64,000 nt of DNA from Vicinamibacterales bacterium (GCA_965208535.1 CBDBOU010000003.1:132638-196637), one strand, 5' to 3'; positions 53,627 through 63,219 are shown, counted from the stretch's first letter. Translations and numbers: made by a program. The notes: generated by a model not told the origin, from the sequence alone.

Positions 53627-54805
53627 CTACGTCCAGTCGTCGAGGGCGTCCGGCGCATCGAGCGGCACGGCGCGCGCGCCGTCCCCCAGCGGATACGCGT
53701 TCGGGGCCCGGCAGAAAATCGACAGCGACCGGACCGAGCCGGGCGGCAGATCGCGGGCGATCCTGCGCAGTGGGCCGGCGTCGCGGGCGTCCGGGTGCTC
53801 GGTCCACTTCGCGTCGGCCAGTTGGAACGTTCCTGCACGGTGCAGGAGAAAGTCGGCCTCGCGCGCGCGGTCGGCCCGGAAATGGAAGTCCCAGCCGCCG
53901 CGCCGGTTCGACTGCGCGCGGCGAATTTCGGCGCAGACCAACGTCTCCCACAGCGCGCCGGCCAGCGGCGAGGAACGGAGCGCCTCGATCGTGTGCACAC
54001 CGCACAGGAACGCCGCCAGCCCGGCGTCGCGCAGGTACAACTTGGGCCGCTTGACGAGCCCCTTCGTGCGGTTCGCGAACCATGGCTCCAGCAGCATGAC
54101 CTGATGCGACGCGGCCAGCGCCGAGAGCCAGGCGGCGGCCGTGGACCCGCTGATACCGGCGTCGCGCGCGAGGTCGGCGCGGTTGAGCAACTGCGCCGAG
54201 CGCAGCGCCGCGGCGCGCAGGAAGCGCTCGAAGTCCCGGAGGCTCGTCACCTGCAGGAGCTGTCGCAGATCCCGCTCCAGGTAGGTCGCCACGTACGACC
54301 GCAGGAAGCCCTCCGCGTCGATGTCCCGGTTTTCGTACAGCTCCGGGAAGCCGCCGCGGACCAGGAACTGCTCGGCGGCCAGGTCGGGATGCCCCGTCTT
54401 GGCCTCGGCGAACGAGAGCGGCTCGAGCTCGATGACCGCGGCGCGGCCCGCCAGCGAGTCGGAGACCGATTTCATCAGGCCGAGTGGCTGCGACCCCGTC
54501 AGAAGGAAGGCGCCGTAGCGCCCGCGCTCACGATCGACCGCCGCCTTGAGGTGTCTGAACAGTCCGGGCGCATATTGCACCTCGTCCAGGATGACGGGCG
54601 GCGGGTGCCGCGCGAGAAACGTATCCGGATCGCGCTCGGCCTGTTCCGCCTCGCTCGGCAGGTCGAGGGTCACGAAAGCGTGGTCCGGGAACAGCCGCCG
54701 CATCAGACTGGTCTTCCCGGTCTGGCGGGCGCCGGTCAGCACCACCACCGGCCGCGTCGCAGCGCGCTGCAGCAGGAGCGGCTCGATGTGCCGGTCGATC
54801 CACAT
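53627..54805 (-). CDS. AAA_14 ATPase with DUF4143 domain
   Basis: GARQTGKT, ILDEVQ, LTGS, GGFP, YLERD, KRPKLY, READF. Confidence 0.92.
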   Translation of the reverse strand: MWIDRHIEPLLLQRAATRPVVVLTGARQTGKTSLMRRLFPDHAFVTLDLPSEAEQAERDPDTFLARHPPPVILDEVQYAPGLFRHLKAAVDRERGRYGAFLLTGSQPLGLMKSVSDSLAGRAAVIELEPLSFAEAKTGHPDLAAEQFLVRGGFPELYENRDIDAEGFLRSYVATYLERDLRQLLQVTSLRDFERFLRAAALRSAQLLNRADLARDAGISGSTAAAWLSALAASHQVMLLEPWFANRTKGLVKRPKLYLRDAGLAAFLCGVHTIEALRSSPLAGALWETLVCAEIRRAQSNRRGGWDFHFRADRAREADFLLHRAGTFQLADAKWTEHPDARDAGPLRRIARDLPPGSVRSLSIFCRAPNAYPLGDGARAVPLDAPDALDDWT

Positions 54806-54842
54806 CGTGCAAATTCTAGGATTACATAGAAGAATTTGCACG
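54806..54842. promoter_or_regulatory. Perfect 12-bp inverted repeat immediately upstream of the DUF4143 ATPase
   Basis: CGTGCAAATTCT-N13-AGAATTTGCACG. Confidence 0.6.
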
Positions 54843-54882
54843 TCGGATTGCGAGATCGCGACATCGTGGCTATTGTCTCGGG

Positions 54883-55767
54883 ATGCGCTGGCCTCGACCG
54901 TGCCGGATGTTGGTGCTGGGGGCCCTCCTGGTCGGCGGAGGACCGGTTTCGGCCCAGAGCGCGGGCGACCCCGATGTGGAAGCGGTTCTGCAGCGCATCC
55001 AGGCCTCCGTCGAGCGCTTCTATTCGCGGGCGCGGCACGTGCTGGCCGACGTGCGCGTCCGCGTGCGGCCGATGGCACGCGACTTTCGCTCCACCGGTCG
55101 TGCCAGAAACCTGCTGTACGAGATGCGGGTCGAGTGGGCGGAGGGGACCGGCACGACGACCGCCGAGCCCCTGGTGATAAGAAGACTCCTGGAGGCCAAT
55201 GGCCGGACGGCCGCACCGGAAGACGAGCCCCAGTGCGCCGATCCGGAACCATTTTCGGAGGAGCCCCTGGCAATCTTCCTTCCCGCGAAGCGGAAGGACT
55301 ACGTGTTCACCTGGTCCGGGCGCGATCGCGAGGCGGGCCGGGAGACGGACGTCCTCGAGTATCGGCTGCGGCAGGAAGAAGCACCGACCATCGAGTGGGA
55401 AGAACTCTGCGTCAGCATCGACCTGCCGGGACACACGCGGGGAAGGGTCTGGGCCGATGTGGAAAACGGAGACGTGCTGCGCGTGGACGAGCGCCTGAGC
55501 GGCATGTTCGAGTTCCGGGTGCCGCGCGAGCAGCGTCGCCGGGGCGTGCGGTCGACGATGACCATCGAGAGCTCCCACAGCACGGTCCGCTATCGCCGGG
55601 TGGCGTTCTCCGATCCGGACGAATCGTTGCTGCTGCCGGCCTCGATGGAGTCGATGACGGTGTGGCGCAACGCGGGCGTCGCGCGCCAGTTCATCACGCA
55701 CGAGATCTCGAACTACCGGCGGTTCGTCACCGGCGGGCGCATAGTCGGGATTCCGCGCCGTCCCTGA
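54883..55767 (+). CDS. Secreted hypothetical protein (beta-rich)
   Basis: Signal peptide; GRVWAD motif similar to 24616-25497. Confidence 0.7.
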   Translation: MRWPRPCRMLVLGALLVGGGPVSAQSAGDPDVEAVLQRIQASVERFYSRARHVLADVRVRVRPMARDFRSTGRARNLLYEMRVEWAEGTGTTTAEPLVIRRLLEANGRTAAPEDEPQCADPEPFSEEPLAIFLPAKRKDYVFTWSGRDREAGRETDVLEYRLRQEEAPTIEWEELCVSIDLPGHTRGRVWADVENGDVLRVDERLSGMFEFRVPREQRRRGVRSTMTIESSHSTVRYRRVAFSDPDESLLLPASMESMTVWRNAGVARQFITHEISNYRRFVTGGRIVGIPRRP

Positions 55768-55772
55768 TCGTC

Positions 55773-55880
55773 TCGGTCACGTTCCAGCCCACATCGTCCA
55801 TGCTCTCGCGGGATCAGCTCGCCCAGGTGCGGCGGGTTCAGCATGTGGCCGACGCGATCGCTTGCCATGTCGTTCATGGT
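55773..55880 (-). pseudogene. higA: Frameshifted 5' fragment of higA, a direct repeat of 59674-59780
   Basis: 108 vs 107 bp, near-identical, with a 1-bp insertion (CGCGGGA vs CGCGGA). Confidence 0.85.
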
Positions 55881-55930
55881 TACGGGTTATGCGATGATCT
55901 CGACCGGGAGTCCGGCTCCTGCGATGGGGA

Positions 55931-57694
55931 TTGATGGCCGTCAGTACGGACGACGTCCGGCGCCAGCTTGGCCTCGGTGAGGACAGCCGCTGGGAGTTCA
56001 AGCAGATCGAGTTCCGGGGCGATCGTCCCGTCAGCCCGCGCCGCGACGACCTGGCCGATGAACTCGCCGCCTTCGCCAACGCCCGTGGCGGCGTGCTGGT
56101 GTGCGGCGTCACCGACGATGGCGACGTACAGGGCATGTCGCGGGCGCAGATGAACGCCTTGGATCGCATCCTGTCCGACGCTTGCGCGGACTCGATCAAG
56201 CCGCCCATCGATGTTGAGATCACCCGTCACGAGATCGGCGACGGCAAGCCGTTGCTCGTGGTGGAGGTGGCGCCCGGCGAGGCCCAGCACGACAGTCCGG
56301 GAGGCAGCTACCGTCGTGTGGGCAGCTCCAAGCGCCAGATGACGCCCGACCAGCGTCTGCGTCTGGCGCAACAGCGCGGGCAGTCGCGGTTCTTGTGGTT
56401 CGACAGGCAGCCCGTGCCGGAAACCGGATTCGAGACCCTGAGCGAGCGTCTGTGGAAACCGCTCGTCAGCATCGCAGGCGCCGCCGATCCCCCGCGGGCG
56501 CTCCGGAACCTGCGCCTGCTGACACCGGACGATGGCGACGCGCTTCGCGCCACCGTCGCCGGCATCCTGTTGTGTACGGAGGCCCCCGAGCGGTGGTTCC
56601 CCAACGCCGCCATCACGGCGACCCGCTACCGCGGCGCCGACCGCGCTTCCGGCCAGCTCGACGCGCAGCAGATTGTCGGGCCGGTCCATCGGCAGATTGC
56701 CGACGCGGTCAGATTCGCCGTGCGCAACATGCGCGTCGCCGCCCGCAAGACACCCGGGCGTATCGACATGCCGCAGTACAGCCGGGAAGCGATATTCGAG
56801 GCGCTGGTCAATGCAGTGGCCCACCGGGACTACTCCATGTCCGGCCGCCGTATCAGGTTGTCGATGTTCGAGAACCGACTGGAGATCGATTCGCCCGGCG
56901 CGCTGCCCAACGGCATGACCATCGCCAATATGGAAGCCAGCCAGGCGACCCGGAACGAGGTCATCGCCTCCGTTTTCGGACGCCTGTCGGTCGGCGACAT
57001 TCCGGGATCGGAGAGTCGTCAGTTCCTGATGGAACGACGCGGCGACGGCGTCATGATCATCGTCAGGAAGACACGGGAGACAGCAGGAAGACCGCCGGTA
57101 TACGCGGTGATCGACGAATCGAACGTGCAGCTCACCATTCCCGCCGCGGATCTGGAGCTCACAGAGGCGCGAGCCGTCATCACCGTGCGGTCGGCAGGCC
57201 GGCCGCTCACCGGCGTCGAGATTCTGGCGCTGTTCCCGAACGGGGCTTGGAAGAGTAGCGCCACGGATGCAGCGGGCGAGGCAGCCATCGAGCTGCACAG
57301 CACGCATCTCCCGATGACCGTGTACGCCGCCGCGCCCGGACATGCCGCTCACGTCGAACGGGAGTGGACCCCGAGCCGCGGGGCTCTGGCCCTGGAGCTG
57401 CCCGCCTTGCCGCAGGGCGGCGCAGCCATCTTCTCCAAGGCGGTCGGTCACCTCCCGGGCCTCAGAGGACGGTTGAATCCGAAACTCGATGCGCTCGATC
57501 GCACGTATCTGTACGCCGACAACATCTCCATCAACGACGGCATGCAACAGCCCGTTCACTTCGTTCTCGGCGAGGATCTGCGGCTGACCGACGCCTGGGG
57601 CTACGAGCTGCTGGTGCGGATCGTCGATATCGTCGGCCGGTCCGCCCTCGTCGAGTATCGGGCGGTCCCGGAAGGGGCAGGCCCCGGACCATGA
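55931..57694 (+). CDS. Schlafen/AlbA_2 domain + RecG-C-like ATP-binding domain + uncharacterised beta-rich C-terminal extension
   Basis: GEDSRWEFK, AFANARGG.L..GV.D; EALVNAVAHRDY, SPG.LP, RNEVI, ERRGDG; aa ~413-587 replace the usual HTH. Confidence 0.85.
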   Translation: MMAVSTDDVRRQLGLGEDSRWEFKQIEFRGDRPVSPRRDDLADELAAFANARGGVLVCGVTDDGDVQGMSRAQMNALDRILSDACADSIKPPIDVEITRHEIGDGKPLLVVEVAPGEAQHDSPGGSYRRVGSSKRQMTPDQRLRLAQQRGQSRFLWFDRQPVPETGFETLSERLWKPLVSIAGAADPPRALRNLRLLTPDDGDALRATVAGILLCTEAPERWFPNAAITATRYRGADRASGQLDAQQIVGPVHRQIADAVRFAVRNMRVAARKTPGRIDMPQYSREAIFEALVNAVAHRDYSMSGRRIRLSMFENRLEIDSPGALPNGMTIANMEASQATRNEVIASVFGRLSVGDIPGSESRQFLMERRGDGVMIIVRKTRETAGRPPVYAVIDESNVQLTIPAADLELTEARAVITVRSAGRPLTGVEILALFPNGAWKSSATDAAGEAAIELHSTHLPMTVYAAAPGHAAHVEREWTPSRGALALELPALPQGGAAIFSKAVGHLPGLRGRLNPKLDALDRTYLYADNISINDGMQQPVHFVLGEDLRLTDAWGYELLVRIVDIVGRSALVEYRAVPEGAGPGP

Positions 57695-57811
57695 CGCCGG
57701 CCGGACTCCCGCGGGGTCCGCTCGCGCGCGGCAACCTCATCCCAGTGCCCCCACGGCAGTGACGGGAAGCGGTACACGGGAACGCAACGCAGGCCCCGAA
57801 GGAGCAGCGGC

Positions 57812-58603
57812 ATGGCTGACACACTGCACGACCTGCTTCGCGCGCTGCACATGGCGACCGGGTTCGTCGGCCTGGCCGCCTTCTGGATCCCTGCCCTCAC
57901 GCGCAAGGGGGGAAGGCTTCACGTCGCCGCCGGCTGGGTATTCGGCTCGTGCGCCTACGTCGTGGCGCTGACCGCCCTCGGCTCGACCTCGTGGGCGCTG
58001 CTGCATCCGTCGAGCTGGGCGGGGGAACCGGTCAGCCTGGGCCAGGTTCCGCCCGACGAGATCATGTTCGTCGCCATCCTCGGCTTCCTTGGCCTGCTGC
58101 TGCTGCACGGGGTCGAGACCGGCGTCCGCGCGATGCGGACGCGCCGCGAACCGGACCAGTTCGCCGGCTGGCGCCTGCGGGCCCTCAGCTTGGCCGTGCC
58201 CGCGGCCGGCCTGGGGCTCTTCGTCTTCGGCCTCTTCCACCTCGTCCAGGGCGGCGGCGGTCTCTTCTTGATCCCCGTGGCGCTGGGGACCCTCGGCATC
58301 GCCGACTACTTCGAGGAGCGCCGGTTTCTCGCCAATCCCCGCCCCACCCCGATGGCCTGGTGGTACAAGCACATGGAAGGGATGATCGGGTCCGGCATCG
58401 CCTTCCACACCGCCTTCCTCGTCTTCGGCGGGCAGCGTCTGTTCGGCGGCGCCCTCATGCTGGGCTCGTGGTCGTTCCTGCCCTGGATTCTGCCGGCCGC
58501 CCTCGGGCTTCCGGCGCTGCAGATCTGGACGCGCCACTACAAGCGCAGGTTCGGAGAGCTCCCGGAGCAGATCGCGAAGGGATCGACGGCCCGCGCAGAC
58601 TGA
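57812..58603 (+). CDS. Integral membrane protein (DUF2306-like)
   Basis: LHMATG, KGGRLH..AG, HMEGMIGSGIA..TAF; multiple transmembrane helices. Confidence 0.75.
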   Translation: MADTLHDLLRALHMATGFVGLAAFWIPALTRKGGRLHVAAGWVFGSCAYVVALTALGSTSWALLHPSSWAGEPVSLGQVPPDEIMFVAILGFLGLLLLHGVETGVRAMRTRREPDQFAGWRLRALSLAVPAAGLGLFVFGLFHLVQGGGGLFLIPVALGTLGIADYFEERRFLANPRPTPMAWWYKHMEGMIGSGIAFHTAFLVFGGQRLFGGALMLGSWSFLPWILPAALGLPALQIWTRHYKRRFGELPEQIAKGSTARAD

Positions 58604-58743
58604 ACAGGACCGGGACGTCGGCATGGTGTGAGGCCGTCGCGCGCACATGGAACCCGGGCTGTCCCTTGCCGGGCAGCGAGCGAGAGGTCTGGCCGCAAAG
58701 AGTGCCGCCCCCGCGTGATACCCTTGACACCCTCCACCCCGCC

Positions 58744-59403
58744 ATGCCCATTCCCGCCGGCCAACCCGCCCCCAACCTCAGCGTTTCCGCCTGGGTGCAG
58801 GGCGCCGCCACGAACCTGGATCAACAGCGCGGCAACGTGGTCCTGATCGAGGTCTTCCAGGTCAACTGCCCCGGCTGCTTCTTCAGCGCCATCCCCGAAG
58901 CGATCAAGGTCCACGACCGCTTCGCCGGCCAGCCGGTCACGGTTCTCGGCATCGCCACCGCCTTCGAGGACTGGGACAAGAACACCTTCGACAACCTGCA
59001 GCGGCTCGCGGAGACCGGCCAGGTGATCGGCGAGACCCGTCTGATGCTGGATCGGGCCGGCCTGCTCGACGACGGCAAGCTCCGCTATCGCATCCCGTTC
59101 CCGCTGGCCATGGACGAGTTGATTCCGGTCGCCGGTGACCCTACGCGGGAACAGGCCGTGGCCGCCATTCGCCCCCAGGTTCCCGTCTTCGATACGCTTC
59201 CCGAAGCGCACCAGAGCCAGTTGATCGACCGGGTGACAACGTACCTGAAGTCCCGCGAGTACGCGCCAACGACCTTCGATCGATACGCTCTCCAGGGCAC
59301 GCCGTCGACCATCGTCATCGACCAGCGGGGTACGCTTCGCGAGATCACCTATGGCCAGGTCGGCGATCTCGCCCCGACGGTCCAGGCCCTCCTCGACGAG
59401 TGA
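58744..59403 (+). CDS. TlpA/peroxiredoxin-like thioredoxin-fold protein
   Basis: EVFQVNCPGC, GTPSTIVID. Confidence 0.85.
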   Translation: MPIPAGQPAPNLSVSAWVQGAATNLDQQRGNVVLIEVFQVNCPGCFFSAIPEAIKVHDRFAGQPVTVLGIATAFEDWDKNTFDNLQRLAETGQVIGETRLMLDRAGLLDDGKLRYRIPFPLAMDELIPVAGDPTREQAVAAIRPQVPVFDTLPEAHQSQLIDRVTTYLKSREYAPTTFDRYALQGTPSTIVIDQRGTLREITYGQVGDLAPTVQALLDE

Positions 59404-59462
59404 AGACCGCGGAGCGGACATCAGCGCCGCCAACCTGCCGCGCGGTACAGGCTGTGCGATGA

Positions 59463-59786
59463 TCAAGCGTGCGATGCGTCCACGCGCCGCCCGGCAGCGG
59501 CCCGGTCCCGCCGCGCCTGGGCAAGCTCGTAACTCGCCTGCATTCGCATCCAGTGGTCGGCGGTGCCCCAGCCGATCTCCTCCAACGCCAGCGCCATTTT
59601 CGCCGACACCCCCGCTCTTCCGTTCAACACGCGCGACAGTGTTCCGCGCTCGCAACCGAGACGCGCTGCCGTATCGGTCACGTTCCAGCCCACGTCGTCC
59701 ATGCTCTCGCGGATCAGTTCGCCCAGGTGCGGCGGGTTCAGCATGGGGCCGACGCGATCGCGTTCCATGTCGTTCATGGTCAACAC
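59463..59786 (-). CDS. higA: HigA antitoxin
   Basis: PPHLGELIRE, HTH, WMRMQASYEL. Confidence 0.92.
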   Translation of the reverse strand: MLTMNDMERDRVGPMLNPPHLGELIRESMDDVGWNVTDTAARLGCERGTLSRVLNGRAGVSAKMALALEEIGWGTADHWMRMQASYELAQARRDRAAAGRRVDASHA

Positions 59787-59796
59787 TCCCTTACGG

Positions 59797-60069
59797 TCAG
59801 TGATAGTCGATCAGGTCCACGTCGACCGCCTCGCCGTCCTTGAAACGGAACACCACGCGCCAGTTGCCCGAGACGCGGACGCTCCACTGGCCCGAGCGGT
59901 CACCCTTGAGGGGATGCAGCCGGAAGCCGGGTGCGTCGGCGCTGCCCGGATGGGTTGCCTCTTGCAGCCGGAACAGAATGCGCCGGATCCGTGGCACCGA
60001 GCCCGCAGGCAGCCGCGCGGCATCGTCCCGCTCGTGCAGGGCGCGCAGACCCTTGTGCCTGATTCTCAT
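59797..60069 (-). CDS. higB: HigB (RelE-like) toxin
   Basis: IRHKGL, LHPLKGDR, SVRVSGNWRVVFRF, DLIDYH. Confidence 0.93.
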   Translation of the reverse strand: MRIRHKGLRALHERDDAARLPAGSVPRIRRILFRLQEATHPGSADAPGFRLHPLKGDRSGQWSVRVSGNWRVVFRFKDGEAVDVDLIDYH

Positions 60070-60122
60070 GGCTCACTGTGCCTGATTCTCATGGCTCACT
60101 GTGCCTGATTCTCATGGCTCAC
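60054..60122. repeat. Perfect 23-bp tandem repeat x3 containing the higB start codon
   Basis: TGTGCCTGATTCTCATGGCTCAC at 60054, 60077, 60100. Confidence 0.95.
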
Positions 60123-60302
60123 TGTAGCGCGCAGCGTTACGCGCCGCAAGACGGAGCACTTGTGCGTTGTCTAGGCGCGGTGCAATGACTGTCCGGCTAC
60201 ACCGCGCTGGTCGTGCGCCCTGCGGGTTGGCCGTCCGATGGAGGCAGGAGGCCGGTTTACCCATCCGCAAGCACGCGTGTAGAGTGGGGTTATGGAGGGC
60301 GT

Positions 60303-62057
60303 ATGTCTGCGATCCGTTGGGCGTTGGTAGTGTGTCTCGTGCTGACTGCGGACCAGGCGCCGGCGCAGTCGGGCAGCCCCTTCGTCCCGGTGACGGACGA
60401 GGTGTTGCAGGATCCCGATCCAGCCGACTGGCTCATGTGGCGGCGGACGCTCGACGGCTGGGGCTACAGTCCGCTGGATGAAATCGATCGCGACAACGTG
60501 GGCGACCTGCGAATGGTCTGGACGCGAGCTCTCGGGCCCGGTCTCCAGCAGGGAACGCCGCTCGTTCATGACGGCGTCCTGTACATGCCCAACCCGCGGG
60601 ACGTGATCCAGGCGCTCGACGGCGCCAGCGGCGATCTCCTGTGGGAATACCGGCGCTCGCTCCCCGACGACGTGGACGAGCACCTCATCACCGTCCTCGC
60701 CGAGATCAACCGCAATCTCGCCATCTACGAAAACCTCATCATCGACACCAGCGTCGACGACTACGTCTTCGCCCTCGATGCGGAGACGGGCCGGCTGGCC
60801 TGGGAGACCGAGATTCTCGACTACCGGACGCATCCCGCCAACCAGACCTCCGGACCGATCATCGCCGACGGCAAGGTGATCTCGGGACGGAGCTGCACCC
60901 CGCAGGGTGGACCGGACGCGTGCGTCATCACGGCGCACGACGCCCGGACCGGTGCGGAGCTGTGGCGGACGCGCACCATTCCCGCGCCCGGCGAACCGGG
61001 TGACGAGAGCTGGGGCGATGTGCCCTACGAGGAGCGCAAGCACGTGGGCGCCTGGATGGTGCCCAGCTACGACCCGGCCTTGAACCTCATCTACATCGGC
61101 ACGTCGGTGACGTCGCCCGCCCCGAAGTTCATGCTCGGCGGGACCGACAAGCAGCACCTGTACCACAACTCCACGCTGGCCCTCGACGCCGACACGGGCG
61201 AGATCGCGTGGTACTACCAGCACCTGAACGACCATTGGGATCTCGATCACCCGTTCGAACGCCTGTTGCTCGACACGGTCGTCGCGCCGGATCCGGCGGT
61301 CGTGCCCTGGATCAATCCGCGGCTGCGGCATGGCGAGGTGCGCAAGGTCGTCACCGGCATACCCGGCAAGACCGGTGTTGTCTACACGCTCGACCGCGAA
61401 ACCGGCGAGTTCCTGTGGGCGACGCCGACGGTCACGCAGAACGTGATCAGCGGCATCGACGGCGCCACCGGCGCGGTCACGGAGAACCCCGAGGTCGTCT
61501 TCACGGGCAACGGGCAGACCGTGCTGGCCTGCCCGACGCTGGTGGGCGGCAAGGACTGGGAGGCGGGGGCCTACAGCCCGCAGACGGAGCTGATGTACTT
61601 CCCGTTGCGCAACGCCTGCGCGCGGATGATGGCCACGGCCGGCAGCGACAGCGTGGCGACTTCGCTCTATGCGCTCGCCGTGCGGAGCGAGCTTGCGCCC
61701 GGCACCGAGCAGCTCGGCACGGTCCAGGCGATCTCCCCGGAGACCGGCGAGCTCGTCTGGAAGTACGAGCAGCGGGCCGCCACCACCTCGCTCGTCGCGA
61801 CCGGCGGCGGACTCGTGTTCGGCGGCGACCTCAACGGCCGGTTCCGCGCCCTGGACGCGGAGACCGGGGACGTGCTGTGGGAGGTGAACCTGGGCTCGCC
61901 GATCACCGGGTTTCCGATCACGTTCGCAGTCGACGGCCGGCAGTACGTCGCGGTCAGCACCGGCAGCTCGCGCACCCTGGTGTACTTCGCGCCCCTGACG
62001 CCCGAGCTGCGCCCGAGCATGGGCAACAACCTGTTTGTTTTCGCCTTGCCCGAGTAG
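60303..62057 (+). CDS. PQQ-binding beta-propeller protein (PQQ dehydrogenase-like)
   Basis: Signal peptide; WGYSPL..I, TG...W repeats, WDLD, GGKDW, GGLVFGGD..G.FRALDAETG. Confidence 0.88.
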   Translation: MSAIRWALVVCLVLTADQAPAQSGSPFVPVTDEVLQDPDPADWLMWRRTLDGWGYSPLDEIDRDNVGDLRMVWTRALGPGLQQGTPLVHDGVLYMPNPRDVIQALDGASGDLLWEYRRSLPDDVDEHLITVLAEINRNLAIYENLIIDTSVDDYVFALDAETGRLAWETEILDYRTHPANQTSGPIIADGKVISGRSCTPQGGPDACVITAHDARTGAELWRTRTIPAPGEPGDESWGDVPYEERKHVGAWMVPSYDPALNLIYIGTSVTSPAPKFMLGGTDKQHLYHNSTLALDADTGEIAWYYQHLNDHWDLDHPFERLLLDTVVAPDPAVVPWINPRLRHGEVRKVVTGIPGKTGVVYTLDRETGEFLWATPTVTQNVISGIDGATGAVTENPEVVFTGNGQTVLACPTLVGGKDWEAGAYSPQTELMYFPLRNACARMMATAGSDSVATSLYALAVRSELAPGTEQLGTVQAISPETGELVWKYEQRAATTSLVATGGGLVFGGDLNGRFRALDAETGDVLWEVNLGSPITGFPITFAVDGRQYVAVSTGSSRTLVYFAPLTPELRPSMGNNLFVFALPE

Positions 62058-62079
62058 TGGTCCGGCGAGCGGACTGGGC

Positions 62080-62196
62080 GAGGTGCTCTGCCTCGCCGGC
62101 CCGCCAGGCGTCGGCAGGTCCTCGCTGGCGCCGTGTACGGTCGAGGCGCTTGGGTGCGGGTTCGCGGGGGAGGTAAACAGGGGAGGATTGTGTGAT
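62080..62196 (+). pseudogene. Degenerate Lon-protease AAA+ fragment
   Basis: LCLAGPPGVGRSSLA...ALG...GG..D resembles the Lon Walker A region; no start or continuation. Confidence 0.45.
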
Positions 62197-62365
62197 TGCC
62201 GTCCTGCTGCCCATCCGGCACGACAAGCGCAAGACGGCGCGCCAAGTGCTGCAGCGGAACGGCGCCATCATGAAGTGGGCGAGCGCGCAGGGTCACCGGC
62301 AGGACAAATCCGGCCGGCGAGGCCATCGCGGGTCGGTGAGAACGCAAAGTCCTGGAGAGCCACAG

Positions 62366-62518
62366 ATGAACCCCCAGCGGGACACCGATGCGTTTGAGCA
62401 TGATGGCGAGTGGTGGGATCCGAGAAACGCGGGTCAGAGATGGAGCGGTACCCTCCGCTTCGACGAGGATGAAGGTGGCACTCTTCGCCTTACAGTACCG
62501 GTGGCTGTTGAAGTGTAG
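62366..62518 (+). pseudogene. Truncated N-terminus resembling ApeA-type HEPN proteins
   Basis: GEWWDP...WSGTLRFDEDEGGTLRL, then a premature stop (recognition from memory, unverified). Confidence 0.45.
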
Positions 62519-62690
62519 TAGCTACGACTTGATCTGACAGGGGCCCCTGGCCGGGACCGTCTGTCCGATTGACGTCTATGGGGCGTTGTCGATCACCTTC
62601 TCCTCAGCCAGCCGGCGTCCATCCTGGAGCACTACTGTCCCACATTTTTCAGCTCCACAGCAGCATCTGCGGGTTCGGGGCACGGGGGTA

Positions 62691-63196
62691 GAGTGTCTGG
62701 CCGGCAGTTGAAAGTCGGCGGCGAGAGTGCTACGTTATCCGACCTTCCGTGTCTCGGCAAGCGCCCCGTCGTCTTCCTCGTCGAGGTGCGCCTTCAGGAT
62801 CCAGAGGTGCTGATAGTCGAGGATGCGGCGATAGTGCTTCTCCGTCTCCCGGGACGCCACCGCGGCCCATCGCACCGCCATATCCTCGTTCCGTCACCGA
62901 CTCATCGACGCGTGTGCTGGCGGATTCCCGCATGCGACGAGTCAATGAGGTTGGTCGACGTCAGGCACCGACGCAGCTCCTTCGGCAGGCCCAGGCGATT
63001 GACCGTGAACATCTCCGCGAGCCCTTCGCGCAGGCTCGCCGCCGCCGACGGCCACTCCCGCTCCAGCCACGACGCATACTGCTCCAGCTTCTGGATGCCC
63101 GCGTCGGCCTCCAGCCTCCACGCCGCACGCAGCGTCGCGCGCGCCTGCTCGTGCTGTTCCTTCGGCAGGTGGCTCAAGACGTTCCGGACCTTGTGG
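62691..63196 (-). pseudogene. IS256-family transposase 3' fragment with right end
   Basis: HKVRNVLSHLP...STNLIDS; frameshift near 62900; RWAAVA...HYRRI C-terminus. Confidence 0.85.
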
Positions 63197-63199
63197 GAC

Positions 63200-63219
63200 T
63201 TATTCCGATATCGGAATAA
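63200..63219. repeat. Perfect 20-bp palindrome at the junction of two IS256 fragments
   Basis: TTATTCCGATATCGGAATAA. Confidence 0.9.
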
